A DNA stretch of 64,000 nt from positions 3,339,675 through 3,403,674 of the forward strand of contig CAJINV010000001.1 in assembly GCA_905178155.1 (NCBI GenBank), in the 5' to 3' direction. The stretch comes from Amoebophrya sp. A120 (Eukaryota; Protista; Dinoflagellata). The stretch's first letter is position 1; every line of letters begins with the position of its first letter. A program made the position numbers and the translations under genes. This document shows, in pieces, positions 23,901 to 36,900 of this stretch. The notes below the pieces were generated by a model. It was not told the DNA's origin, did not search any database, and saw nothing but the letters and a program-made list of their open reading frames with translations.

Positions 23901-26900
23901 ATACACTGATGCTGAATAATCACCAAGAAAACAACATAAGCACCTTCCTCCTTCGCACTCCCTGCTGCGGCGGCTTGCTCTGCTTTCTGCACGATGTCCT
24001 CCACTATTTTTCTCAAAGGCTCAAACAATTTCGCCGAGAAGCAGAGTTCCATCGCCCTTCCTGTTTGCCCCGCTTTTTGGTACAACAGCACCGCTTTGGA
24101 GGCCGATTGACTGTTCCCTTGTTTCTCGTAGTATTTCGCCGCGTAGCTGAGGTCCTCGGGCTTGCCGGAGGCTAGCGCCAGCGTCATCAGATCCCCCTCC
24201 CCGCCGGCCCGCAGGTGGTCGGCTAGTCGTATGGAGTGCTTCACACAGCCTGCCATAGAGTAAAATCGGACCGCTTCTTTTATCAACCGCGCAGAATCAT
24301 TCTCGCTGCTCCCACCGCCCGCCATCATGACGACGTCGCCACCGCCGGCGTTTGCGCGCTGCTCCAAAACCCCCGCTAGGTGGTAACACGCCGCTTTGTC
24401 CCGCGTCTCCTCGCAGATCTGCGTCGCCTTTTCTATCTGATTTTCAAAGCAATATCAAATGCAAAAGCGTCTGGGTCTGGAAGAGTCATGCTGTTTTTGC
24501 ATGACACAGAAGGTCTGGCATGGAAGCTCTAGCATCACAAGTTTCGAGAAGCTTCCGCAATGCCGAATCCGCATGACAAATCCCTCATTTTGGTGACAGA
24601 AAGTGGGCAGCTTTTGCTACCTATGCATGAGAGATTTTTCTGTGTTCTGCAATGCGCATCACAAGTTTGTATTCTTCCAGACCCAGACCTATTTGCATTT
24701 GATAAGCAATGCAAACGGACCAAACTGTGCCAGTCCTGCGACGTGGTGTAGCACTTCACCGCGCCGGCCAAATCCTGTTTTGACTCCAAATACTGTGCGT
24801 ACCAGCGCTGCAGCTTCTCGTTACTGGAATTTTTGTTCACGTAATCGACTAACAGCTGGTCCGCGTTCGGCTCGGTGAGCAAAAGCCGAGTGCAGTCCGG
24901 GAGCTCCGTGCCCGCCTTTTGGAAATACTTCCGCGCCTCAAACTTGTCGAAGGCCTGGAGGTAGACTGCGTAGTTGTAGTACGTGGTTTTCAAGTGTATT
25001 CTGTCCTTCGTCTCCGCTAGTTCCAGCGCCTTGTCCCATTCGTTGAGAGCTTGGTAGAGTTTGTTCAGCAAATCATAGCGATTCGTATCAAGTGCAAATA
25101 TGTCTGGGTCTGGAAACTTGTGATGCATGTCAGTGAACAGAAAGCGCACTGTAATGCATCGCCAAGCATGACAGATTTTCTCGTGGCTCTGTGTTCCGTA
25201 TTCTGCATGAGAAACGTCGTTTTTGCATGACAGACAAGAGGAGGTCTTCGTGGCCACGCAATACAGAGTTCAGAGTCATGCCAAACTAGCATGAGAAATC
25301 TCGCAATCTTCCAGACCCAACCATATTTGCAATGCATAATTCGCCTTCATGTACAACTCCTCCGCATCCGCGGCCATCCCGAGATGCGCCGCGACCGCAG
25401 CGAGTTTCACATTCGGGTCTGCTTCGTGTCGAGCGGTCAGCGACCGGATTTTGCTGTCGTGCGGCGGCCGAATCGCCGTGGCGGCCCGCACTTTTCCCAG
25501 TTGCCCGACGCACTTCTGCACCACATCCAACCGCCGCTATCCTATGTAAAAACGTCCCCAGCCCATAGCTGTAATGCAGATCGGCATGCTCAAAATGTTT
25601 GTCATGCGGAGCCCCATGAGAAGCAAGCATTCTCTAGTCGTGTTTTGGAATTTGTCATGCTCCAATCAGCATAATATACGAGATCTGTGATGCTGCTGAG
25701 CTAGCTCAGACAGCACTACACTACGAGTCCAAACTTGTCATGCAGAACAGCCAAAGCTTGTAGATTTGTCTTGCCAATTCCCCATCTTGACTATGGGGTG
25801 GGGACGTTTCCACTCAGGATAGCCGCGTCTTCACACACATCTTTGCGAGCGACTCCCACACCGCCTTGCTCGTAATGTTCTTCGACACCGCCTTGTAGGC
25901 TTCATCCGGGTTCTATGACAGTACACAACTCCCCCCTCCATCGTTTGTATAGCTTGAACAGCAATACTTACTAGCGTCGGGGTCGGCAAGAATGCAGGTT
26001 TTGCATGACAAACTCATGCAAGATTGTAGTGCTATTGGAGCTGCCAGAACCTGTCATGCTAAAAGTGCCAAGAGGCAATGGCAAAGAAAGGGTGGGCTTG
26101 GTATTTTGCATGACAAACGAGGAGGAGGGGGAGTTGTGCACTCTCATAGGTTCCCACTCGCGATGTGGTAGGAGAAATCTAACAGCGCCTTCTTCACGCT
26201 GCTGTTCACCTCTTCGAGCCCCTCGAAGTCGCGGAGGACCTGCTTGGAGAGCACTGACGCGGACTTCGTCAATCTCGTGGTGGACGAGCCGTCGACCGGT
26301 TTTAGGAAGTAAAGGTACGGCGTGACGATGGAGACCGGGATCAGTGGGAGATTGGTCTCCGCATCCCGCGGGTTTGGCAGCCCGTCCTGGACGAGGAGCG
26401 TGTTTTCCGAAGCGAACACAAGCACTACTTCGCCCATCACCTGTGATGGTTGCTTTTTTATTTATTGAGGTAGCAGTTTTAGCTCGGTATAATTTCCACT
26501 TCACAATCAAATTAATATGAAGACAGTACCAAAAAGAGAGCCCTAGGAGCAGTAGTGGGACCGGGGACGATAAGAACATCATCTGCATGTGATCAATTCG
26601 ACGCGAAACTAAATTCATACCTTCCCGTGCTCTTCCTCCTCGTGGTGCTGGGATAAATCCAATGCCGAGGCGGCAGCGCTTATCAAAGTTAATAAAGCCC
26701 CCACCCCATAGAAAAAAGGAAATTTCTGTTGCTGGACTTCTGTACACAAATCACCGCTGTATTGCAGAAGGCGCTTGGAGGCACTTCCTAAGCCGGATTG
26801 GGTATGCAACAGGCTAGCAGTTAGGCATGGCAGACACCTTTGCAGTATGCAAAAGCGCGTCACACATTGGCTGTGGAATGCGCCAAATGGCTCCCATTTG

Positions 26901-29789
26901 CCCCATATGCAAGACAGAGCTGATTTGTGGTCACAAATCAGCATCAGGAATTTCCTTCTCGATATGGGGAGGGGGGATTTTTCCTCGCAATAGCGCTCGC
27001 GCCGGACGAGGAGGGGACGGCTTCCACGGCGAGCAGCCTCGGGTCCACGGGGTCCCAGGAAAAGGACACCGGGAGTCGATGCGACCCCAGGTCCAGGCAG
27101 GCGAAACTATCGAACTCTACATCGTACACGTACACTTTTGACAGCTCCGCGACGTTGTCCTGCTGCGAAGAGGATGCCGTCGGACTCCGCGACCCTTTCG
27201 CGCCGGGCGAGCGGGAATTGGATGGCGGTGCGGCGACGAGTCCTGGCTTCTTCAGGGGGTCCACCAGTAACGCTATTCTCGAGCCGCTGCAGTTCGCCCG
27301 GAGTTGCCGGATTTCCCCCAGGAGATTGCCATTGGCGTCTTCGAACCTCCGGCCCGAGGAGAGTGCCTTGGGGGTCGCGCGTGCCAGGTTCCACAGCTTC
27401 AAGAGTTGTTTTGTCGTCGAGGCGACGAGGGTGGATCCGCCGACGTCGACCAGGTGCGGACTGCCTTCGGTTTCGGAGGAAAATTGGAGACTTTTCTTCA
27501 CGTTGCCCTGCAGGTTGCACACCTCGATCTTCGAGCCGCAGGCGACAAGCAAGGAAGCTTCTTCCTTCGTTACGTACAAAGAGCAACTAGCGATCGGCGC
27601 TTGCGGGCGATCGAAGGACGCGTGCTCGCCGAGGCCCCGCTGGTCATTGTTCTGGTAGATGCGGACTTGCTTCGCGCTCCAGATTGCGACGTAGGGCGGG
27701 CCCACCGAGACGCCGCGTATTCGAAAAGGGCAATCGAGCATTTGGTCCGGAATTTGGCGCGCGTGCTTGCTGGTGTGCTCTAGCTCGACGTGGTGCAACA
27801 TCAGCTGCGCGGGCGCGACCTGCACGCCGAGGAAGGGGGCCCGGAGGGAGTGGGACAATTGCGTCTCGGCCAGCAACACGCACCCCCCGTCGCTGAAGCT
27901 GCAGCTGAGGATCGACTCGCCTATCCGCGTGCCCCAGTGGACGGCGTCGCAGGACCGGTTCTTCTCGCCCTCGAACGACCTTATCGCCAGGTGCTGCCAG
28001 TCGTGCTCGTGAAAGTTGTTGGTCACACAGCGCCACTGCAGGACCCGGCCCTGCTTGGTGCCCACGGCAAGCGTGCGTTTTCTCTGGTTGTAGTCGACCG
28101 CAACGGCCTTGTCGGTGCGGAGATTCTCGTCTACCTCCGACAGGCTGAGCAGGTAGGACTCCTCCTCCAGCACGTTCCATATCCGCACGATGCTCTCCTC
28201 GGAGACGGTTGCGATCAGAAAGTGCGCGTCGGACGCAATGCAGACGCCGCGGAGGCTGTCCGGCTTCGGGCCTTTGATAAATTTGGGATTGATCGACACG
28301 GATAGTGTGCTGTGTATGTTCCTTGTGCGGGGCGCACAATCGACTTGAGTATATGTTCTTTGTGAGCAGCCGTCCAGTAGCAGTTCCAAAAGTTGTTATG
28401 GCTTTTGGGGATTCGACGCCAAGATTATGCCTGTACATCTTTACCGCAACTCAGCTTCAGCTTCGTTTCCCCGCGCACCTTGCCCTCTGCATCCAACTGG
28501 AAAGTGGCCAGCATCGTCCCTTGGGTAATCAGCACCACCCGGTTTGCAGAAGCGCAGTATTCAAGAAGAATCTGGATGCGTAAAGTAAAGTGTAAATTAG
28601 GCAAACAAAGCTGACGATACGCATGATGCGTTCAATATCACAAAAATGCTAAGTACATGGAATACGAATTACAGCTGATCTCGAAATCTACTTCATCCAC
28701 CACATAATCAAAACAGTTGACCAATACTAGCTACACGACATTCAGTACAATCGGCGATCCCACTTTGTATTTTTCGCTACACGCGCCGTGCTCGTCCGCC
28801 CCGTACACGACTCCCTGCTCGCCCGCGAAGAAAAAGGACGGGCTCCTACGCTGCCGGAAGCAGATTTGATCGATCGCCCCTGGCTTCCGGTAATACAGCA
28901 AATACTGTGCGCGCCCGGCTTCCGTGTTGTACACCGAAACCACGCCCTTAGCATCGGAAACCACACAAAGCCCCCCGTCAGGCGAAAACTTCGCTGCAAG
29001 GATCGGCGCTGTGAATTTTTCAAAAAATTTACAATCACGAATATCTCGCCTGCGGCCGTTTTCCTTTAGAATCGATTGCAGAATTATACACAGACCTGTA
29101 AAACTGTAAAAATAAGTGCGCCCGCAGGTGATACGGCGACCGAAACAAACCCCCCAAACTTTGCGCATTTTTCTACATGATCCTGTTTTCGAATCATGCG
29201 GCGGCACAGCACCCTATTTTCTCAGAGCGCACAAGAACTACATGGCGCTACTCTTTGCTTTCCATACCTCCCTGGTGCGCGTCCTGTCCGACGGTCGTAA
29301 CACTGCTGGAGCTGCTGGAGGACGATGGTCGCGAATACGTGACCGCCCCGTCTTGCCACCCAGCGATGACTTCCCGCCTTGTCGGGTGCCAATCGGAACA
29401 CGACACGCCGCTTTTCCTGGTTGGCACGGCATCCTGCACGAACTCGCCCTGTTGTAACCGAGACGCGTAAGTGCTTTACTCAGATGATACAAGTTTGGAC
29501 TACTTGCTTGTGCACCTCGAAGATGCTGAAACTACACACACGAAAAGAACCAACTCCCCTACTACTGGCGTGGCACCGTCCGAAGCACAGAAAAGCTTCA
29601 ACTGAATGTCAAAAGTACCTCTTGCGAGAAGAGTTGCAGCTTGTTCCGCAGGCCTACCGCCAGTAGTGGTTCCGCCCCTAGATCCTTGCTCCAGGAGGGC
29701 GCTTCCGCCCGGGAACCGCGGCTCGGGGAACTGGCGGGCGAGCCGCCGCCGCCTCCCTGCGTGACGACATAATCGAAATACACCGCCAT
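20989..29789 (-). CDS. IFT140: Intraflagellar transport protein 140 (WD40 + TPR), multi-exon; last exon tentative
   Basis: N-terminus MAVYFDY; WD40 region ([21 protein letters not shown]); conserved IFT140 segments [87 protein letters not shown] and RVGDVYA, reassembled across elements. Confidence 0.93.
21399..21794. mobile_element. Introner family B with a nested 111-bp insert
   Basis: TIR; direct repeat GACGT. Confidence 0.92.
21484..21594. mobile_element. Short nested insertion with 6-bp duplication CATGAC
   Basis: CATGAC at 21478-21483 and 21595-21600; absent from the sister copies at 13030 and 56296. Confidence 0.8.
21852..22105. mobile_element. Introner family A (opposite orientation to 5463)
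   Basis: TIR; direct repeat TCGCA. Confidence 0.92.
22426..22617 (-). other. Canonical GT-AG intron in IFT140 (example of the coexisting ordinary intron class)
   Basis: EIY|gtacat...caccag|ILAANY restores the conserved IFT140 sequence; no TIR. Confidence 0.85.
22682..22987. mobile_element. Introner family E (TIR ~TATTACA(A/G)TGAAAA(A/G)TGCCCCC)
   Basis: TIR; direct repeat TCTTG; restores ALLK-SGD. Confidence 0.9.
23099..23347. mobile_element. Introner family A (left end CAT)
   Basis: TIR; direct repeat CAACT. Confidence 0.9.
23394..23609. mobile_element. Introner family D (TIR ~TATGAGAGTGCACAACTCCCCCTCC)
   Basis: TIR; direct repeat TCTCC; restores KLTP-EKQG. Confidence 0.92.
24453..24704. 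mobile_element. Introner family A
   Basis: TIR; direct repeat AGCAA. Confidence 0.92.
25086..25338. mobile_element. Introner family A
   Basis: TIR; direct repeat ATTCG. Confidence 0.92.
25538..25821. mobile_element. Introner family B
   Basis: TIR; direct repeat GCCGC; restores VKTR-RLDV. Confidence 0.92.
25914..26148. mobile_element. Introner family D
   Basis: TIR; direct repeat GGTTC; restores SGN-PDEAYK. Confidence 0.92.
26681..26992. mobile_element. Introner family C (TIR ~TATNNNAGGAAAAATCCCCCCTCCCCATA)
   Basis: Imperfect TIR; direct repeat GCGCT. Confidence 0.88.
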
Positions 29790-30991
29790 ACTTCCGCGAT
29801 CGCCCGGCCCAGACGACGATACGCGGAACTACCTGCTGCGCTGGTCGTCGAGGGCCCGCAGCTACCGATTGCGACAAGAAACGAGAACACAACATTGGGG
29901 GTCATGCAGATGGATTGCAGAGTTTTCGAAACATTTCAAGAAGAAAGAAAAAACAAAAAAAGCCCTCTCTTGGCGCAGAGTCACTCAGCTTCGCTCACGA
30001 ACAAAACATCGGATTTGCGCCATTTTCTACAACTATGAACTCTCGATCTTTGCTCTCAAGTGCTGCCTTACCTCCGGTCTCGTTCCCGCAAAAAAATGCC
30101 CCAACAACCTCCTCCAGCCCGCAACCCCATGTCCATCGCTTGCTAAATCTAGCAGTGGCCTTCAACGGAGACCAACAAACATGTAAACGTCAAATCGCAG
30201 GCGAAAATTTGCCGCTGCAAGACGCAGCCGGATGGACGCGCGTTGCCCAAGAAGCATGTTCAGTCGTCTCCTTCTTTCGTTTCGTTATTCGCTGAGTCGT
30301 TTTTTATGAAAAGCAACAGAAGTCAGTGGACATTCAAGAACTTGTTTTTTCTTTCGAGCAACTTCTCATCCCAGCAGAATTGATGGTCCGAGAAGAGCTC
30401 TATTTGCTTCGAGGGTAGGAATGCTCCCAATCTTGATTGGGTCGGTTTACCGTGCTGGGATTAGCTTTTTTTTGAACATTTTCACTATGTCAATTAGGGT
30501 CGCTGGAGAAGGTTCTTAGTTGTGCACAACTACGGACCTTTCGCTGCACGAGGGGTAGTACTTAACGAGAAGCCAGCTCGAGCATCAAAGCTGGCCGGGC
30601 AGTCGAGAAAACTTCAGTAGATTCTGATATCCTATGCTACTACTTATGGACTGGAATACAGCGTGATGCCTTTTGCTCTCGAGGTTGAGGGTCGGAAAAC
30701 AACAAACTCAAGAGCATCATCACGACTTTGCAAAACCAAAATTCGATGTAATTGATGGCGAGCCAACGGCTACTGCATCAAGCGAAGAAAATTTCCAAAT
30801 GGGAAGTTAAGTACACATCGTGCTTACGCGCGAAGCAGAAGAAGTTAGTTACATCACACTGCATTTGTTTCAAAACGCTACCTTTCTTCCTCCAGTTCCA
30901 GTAGAGGAAGAAAAAACCACTCGCGAAGAAGTACATTTAGGAAAAATCTATTTGCCAATCCACAGCAGCTACAGTGGTCCATATCTTTCCC

Positions 30992-33900
30992 TTAAATGAA
31001 CCCGAACCCTTCGTAGGCCATTTCCACAGCCTGAATCAGCTTGGTTTTTAGTTGCTGTTTGTTTGTGTACTCCGGTAAATCCAGCTGATTGAAGCACGTG
31101 TGGGCGGAGGGTAGCCGCTCCGTGGTGTGGGCCCGGTGGATGGAGAACTTTTGCGGGCCCCGCATCCCAATCAGGGCCTTGAACCCGTCCAGCGGGACCT
31201 GGGAGGTGCCGGTCACGAATTGTAAGAACTGCGCCTTCTGCTCTTCCGTGAAATCGCCCATGACCTCCCAGAACCATTTGATCTGGTCCGAATTCTCCGT
31301 GTAGTTGGTGTACCTATTTTAAGTAGGAGCATAGTGGATTTTTTTTTTTTCAGTGCTCATCTAATGCGTAGCCGTGGTGAACAAAACTCCCACCTTCAGA
31401 AATTTTTCAAGAAAATCATGCAAAAGAATTATACTCAGTGTTTGCCCGTAAGTCTTTCAGGTCGATCTTTGGCATTCCTGCGATCAACAGCTCCAATTCC
31501 TTGTCATCGAAGATCTGGATTTCCGGCGGTAGCAGCTCGTGAAACCCGGACAAAAACGACGCGATTTGCTCCTTTACAGCCCTGTGGTTCATGTGTAAAA
31601 CACGTAACTTTCTCAATCATGATGAAAAAATGTTACCAAAAAAACCATCAGCCTCCTTGCAAAAGTGATCAAACCAAGATAGATATCTAATCCGTAAAAA
31701 ATCATCTCCAGCTGCAGAACACGACAATTTTGAATACCCTAACAGCTTGAATTCCGCCATTTTCTGGATGTACTCGTGCTTGTTTTCGTTGGTCACGTCC
31801 ACTTTGCTCCCGTTCGGGATCAAGTCGTACTCCTTCGTCTGCCCGAATTCCTGTCGTTCCGTGGAATATACTGTGCAAAAACATCCCCACCCCAGAGCTG
31901 CAAATCTGCATGCTTAAAATGTTTCTCATGCGGAGACCCATGAAAAGCATTTTCTAGCGGTATTGTGAGATAGATTTGTGATGCTCAAATCAGCAGGATA
32001 TGCTAGATCTGTGATGCTGCTGCTGCACTAGATAAAGACGATTACACTTCGCGCCAAACTTTGTCATGCGCAACAACCAAAGCTGGCTGATTTGTCTTGC
32101 AGATTTCCAATCTTGACTATGGGGTGGGGACGTTTTTACGCAGGATATCGAAAAGGTGAGGTACATCTCCGTGACGTCGTTGTGCATGATTTGCTGCACT
32201 TGCTTGTAGTACTCCGGATCCAACGCCTCCAAGTCCTGCGGCGCAACGCGCCGCTTCAGCATCTGCTTGTAAAGGGACCGGGTGAAGAACCTGGATAGAG
32301 TTTTTGTTTTGATGAAGATAGGATCTTCGTCCTGCGTGTATCGAACGTCTAGCAAGAAAACCTATCACGCAAGACAGACTGCACTGTGTCAACAAGAACT
32401 AACATCAACAAAATAGTACGTTGGTATGTTCGCGTTGTCGAAGACCGCCTTGCCTATTATCCTGCCCACGAATCGGAAAAACGACAAATGTTCGCTGTTG
32501 ACCCCGGACAAAGCAGACGGGTGAAACGTGGACTGTTTTCCGGCGGCCTGCTCGAACAGGGCGTAATTTGGATTGAACATGTCCTTTGCCAGCGCCACAT
32601 ACCACTCCCGCGTCAGCCCCCCCGCGTCCATACCTTCTTCGCCCTGGAAGGTGATAGCCACCTTTCCCTTCATCTCATCCGCCGTTCTTAACCGAAGTTG
32701 GTGGTAGGTATCGAGAAAGACCGCGGATCTTCGCACGTTCAACCTGAGGGTGGAGTACCGATGCCCGGAATCCCGGCCCTGCTTGATCTTCTGCTTGAAG
32801 AAAGTTCGCTTGTTGTTGAAGTCCAGAATGTAGGGGCAATATTTCACCTGCATAGTCAGAAGATATGTAGTAGAAAGTAGTTTTGAAAATCGATATTCGA
32901 AGTGGCAAGGCTGCTTCAATGCCCAACGTCAAAGTGATCAAAATTCCATAAAAGTTTTCCGTTTTTCAAGAACAACTCCCTCTGCAGTCACAGAGACTCT
33001 GCAAGCATTTCTATCAAACTCCAGTGTCGTCGCGACAGCGAAACAGAAAACCACTACGAAGATCAAGCCAGGCGAGCGCAAGAAACTGACTCAGTTTCCC
33101 GCACTCGCCGGACTGAAAAAAAGTGGTAACTGCATTAGAATCGGACGTTTTTCGTTGTTTTGCGCGCAAGAGCAGCGGTCACTCGTACGTGGATGAAACG
33201 TGAGACCTTTTGTCAACAAGACCGAGTGGAGAACTTCTCCACAACAGCCTGACAAAGTAGATATACGCGAAAGGAAAAGATTGCAGTGGGGTTTAATATC
33301 TCTGCGAGGTCAGTAACCTCGCGACCAAGATCATAAGCATCAGGGACAGGGTGGCAGAATCAATTAAAAATAAAAACTCAAGATCAAAACAAAAATTACT
33401 ATTGGCGCCAAGCTCTTCTGCAGTAGATTCGGCGTTTGCTTGACGGAGTGGTTTATCGCCCGGCTGTGCCTTTCGGAGAAAACTTTCAGTTTCTGTATCC
33501 TCGGGTTCACCTGGTCCTCCTCGTTATTCTCCTCGTCGTTGGTGGAAACGCGGAGCCACTCCTTCTCCCCCTCCTTTGCAGAATCCTTACTCACCGTGCG
33601 ATCCCGGGCTTTGTTCTGCTTGCTCGAATTCGCGTCCTCACCGCAGTGGAAGAGGAACAGCGCTTCTATCAAGGGCATCTGCTTCGTAAGGTCGATTTCG
33701 CCACTTGCGGGAGTCGTAGGTGCGGTCGATGGGGTTGCTGAGGATGTTGCAGGCAACTTGCTCGTCGTCCCTGGGGCCTCTTCCGTAGCCTGTGTATTTT
33801 GTATGAGTGACGCATCATAAACAAGTCCCAAGAGAAAAAAACCACCCAGCACTCACCACCCACAGCGCTCATTGACATTTCAAAAATTTTGGGCGGTTCT

Positions 33901-36900
33901 CTCTGCTCACGACAAGCTAATTACCTTTGTCAACGTCCGGTCTAAGAAATTCCAAAGCTCGTCGACGCCTGCGGAATCCAAAAACGCCTGCAGTTTCGCT
34001 ATCCCCGCCCTAGTGCATTCTTCCTGCTCTTCGGCGGTCAGCAGCTCCGTCGCAACTTTGTCCTTCATTTCTTCCTTTCGCGGCGTGCTGATCGGCTGAT
34101 TTATCCCGGTCAGCAAGCTCTGACTCGTGTCGAGTGGCGGCGGAAGTTTGGAGGAGGACGAGGCGGAGGAGGAGCCGGTTACGGGTAGTAACTTCGACGA
34201 CGAGGAAGAACTACTAGTCCCCGCCGCACCGCCTGCCCCCGCGAGCGCCGCGGCGTTCTGCTCCTGCTTTCTCTTCTCCGCGAGAATTTTCCTGTTGATA
34301 CTTCTTTCCGCCTCCTTCCGCTCCGAAACAAACAGCTCTTGCAGCATTTTCAACAACCTCAAAAATAACGCCTCCGGTCCGCCCTCGGCGTGCTCCTCCG
34401 ACCTGGAGACGCGTTGGATCACGCGGGACGTGTTCACCAAGAGCAACTGGTACAGCAACTGCAGCTTCTTCGTCGGATTGTCGCTTATTCGTTGGCACAG
34501 ATCCGCCCTTGCTTGCTTTTTCGCTTCCTCAATTTTCTTTTTTGCCTCCTGCTCCTTTTTCTTCTCTTCTTCCTTTTGCTTCTTCTCCGCTTCCTCCTTT
34601 TGCTTTTTCTCTTGCTCGGTCAATTGCGGAGGTGCTGGTACAGGATCTGCTGCGGCAGATGGCGCAGCAGAACCAGAGCTTCCGACAGCCGCCGCTGCTT
34701 CACCTTCGCTCGGCTTCATCTCCACATCTGGTTTTTCCTCGTTCGCCTTAGAAGCAGCTGCAGCTGCTGTTCCGTCTGAGGCATTCTTATCAGGAGAATT
34801 TGCCTTTTCAACTGCATCGCCTTCTGTTTTTGCTGCACCAGACTGATTCTCTTCCTTCTTCTCCACCGGAGGCTTCTCGATCAACTCCTCTGGCAACGGA
34901 AACTGTAAACTCTGGCTCTCGATTTCATCCGCCATGAGCCGCACCAGCATGTTCTTCGTTTTCCTCAGCGCTCCGTCGTGGTCCGGGGAGTAGGGGGCGA
35001 GACACAGGTACTGCACTAAAGACTTTGTCGCGTCTGGCCGAAGTGATTTTCGCAATTGCTTCGAGGCCTCCTCCGCCTGGTTGTAGTACTGATCCATGGC
35101 CTGCATCACGTGCCACGACGCCAGACTCTCCGACCCGCCAAAGGTTAGCAGCGATTCGCAGGTTTCGATCACGAGGTTGACGTGATTTGCGTTTTCGTAA
35201 CCAATCACGTCGGTCAACAGAATGAGCTTACTCACGTTGTCATTCTGCAAGAAAAAAGCACTGGCGTGCGGCACGCGCAACACGATGTCCCGCAATCCTT
35301 CCAGCGCTCGGCCGCGGAGAATCACCCCGGCCTGCGATCTTGTCACATTCCGACTGGAATGGAGGAGGAGGTTGTCCAGTTGCTGGTTGGTCAGCGACTG
35401 GATGGAAGAGGTGGAACTACTAGTTGTACTCCCATACATTTTCACCAAGTCTTGCGCTACCGTTCTCGTCAGCAGACGTTCATTCGGATCGGTTGCTTGT
35501 TCACCCTGTTTTGCACCTCCACGAGCTGCAGTAGTTCTGCTTACGCGCTGCGGTGGCTGGAAGGCGAATGCCGGCGCAGTGCTGCTGGAAGATGAGGAGG
35601 ACGCCTGTTGCGTTTGGCCGATGAGCAACGCAGTTGAACCTCCCGAAGAGGACGACGAGGCAGCGGCAGGAGCACTACCACTACCACTACTACCACTACT
35701 ACTCCCCGTCTTCCAGATCTGATCTACTCCTTCGATTGGCTTATTTGCTACACTCGTCGTAGTTGTATTCATCTCTACTTCCTCTCCTCCCCTCAACGCC
35801 CTTGGTGACCACTGAGCGCACACACTGTCGTCTTCGATGCAGAACTGCACGAGACTGCTGCCCGAGAGGAGTTGTAAAAAGAAGGCCAAAACGTTCGACC
35901 TTGCGGTAGGATGCAAGGACACGTGGAACAGAACTTGACGGACTAGACTACCGATGCGCAAAAACCTCTGCGTAAAGATCAGCTTGCACAGGGTCAACGT
36001 GTGCTGTTCGTCAAACGCGGAAAGTTGCTGCAGTTGGGCCGACTGCGGCGTTGTGGGGGCGACCAGACCGGTGCTGCTGCTGGATGAGGAAGAACTGGAC
36101 TGTATTGGCGGGAGTGGTCCTGGAATCTGCAACAGCTGCGAAGGAGGTCCTCCACCTCCGAGAACTCCGAGCTCGTCCTGGAACCTGCGCAGGATGGCGC
36201 GTATCACGTCGGACTCGAGCACTTCGCTGTTGGTCGGCTGGAAGAGGTAATTCCGGCTGTCTCCCAGCAACTGGCCCGGGCTCGCCTGCCGCGACGAGCT
36301 TCCCCCGGCGGAGGGTCCGCCAAACGCGGCGCCGCTCGCAGACGGCCGTTGACCCGTTATCAGCTCCATAAACGACCCTGGGGACGAGAACATCTGCAGC
36401 ATCTGGTGCGGATCCAGGGAGGCTGTTGTGTTGAAAATGTGTTTTCATGTGGCAGAAGATCGATTCTGTGACCTCCCAGAGCATGTGCGTTTGCTTTCTA
36501 TGCCCAGGCGCTGCGTGCGCTTCTGCGTTCGCACGCTCGGGCTCGGGCCGCGTGGAAGATTATTGAAAAATACTGTATCACTCAGTGAATGGTTGCGACA
36601 AGACGTTTCCATCAGGGTTAAAAAGCTCGTGAGTTCAGAATCGTCACAGAAGAGAAAACTCGCCTCCGCGTTGGATTTCTGAATATGTTGCCTCATCCTT
36701 AGAAATCGTCCTTGCGCCTCTTCCTTTATGTACGAGATCTCATACGAGCAGAAGTAGTTGATGTGCTCTCTAACATTTCAAAGAAACAAGCTGCAGCCAC
36801 CTTTAGTAGCTGTACCTGTTTCGCCGCCGACACCCTGCACATCGAAGCGCAGACCGACTCGAGAAGGGTCGACACCTGAAGGAGATGGAATTCATGTACG

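Noticed and set aside
20989-29789. IFT140 and the other genes as transposon-disrupted pseudogenes
   Set aside because: Exons stay open and conserved, and rejoin in frame after removing element plus one direct repeat.
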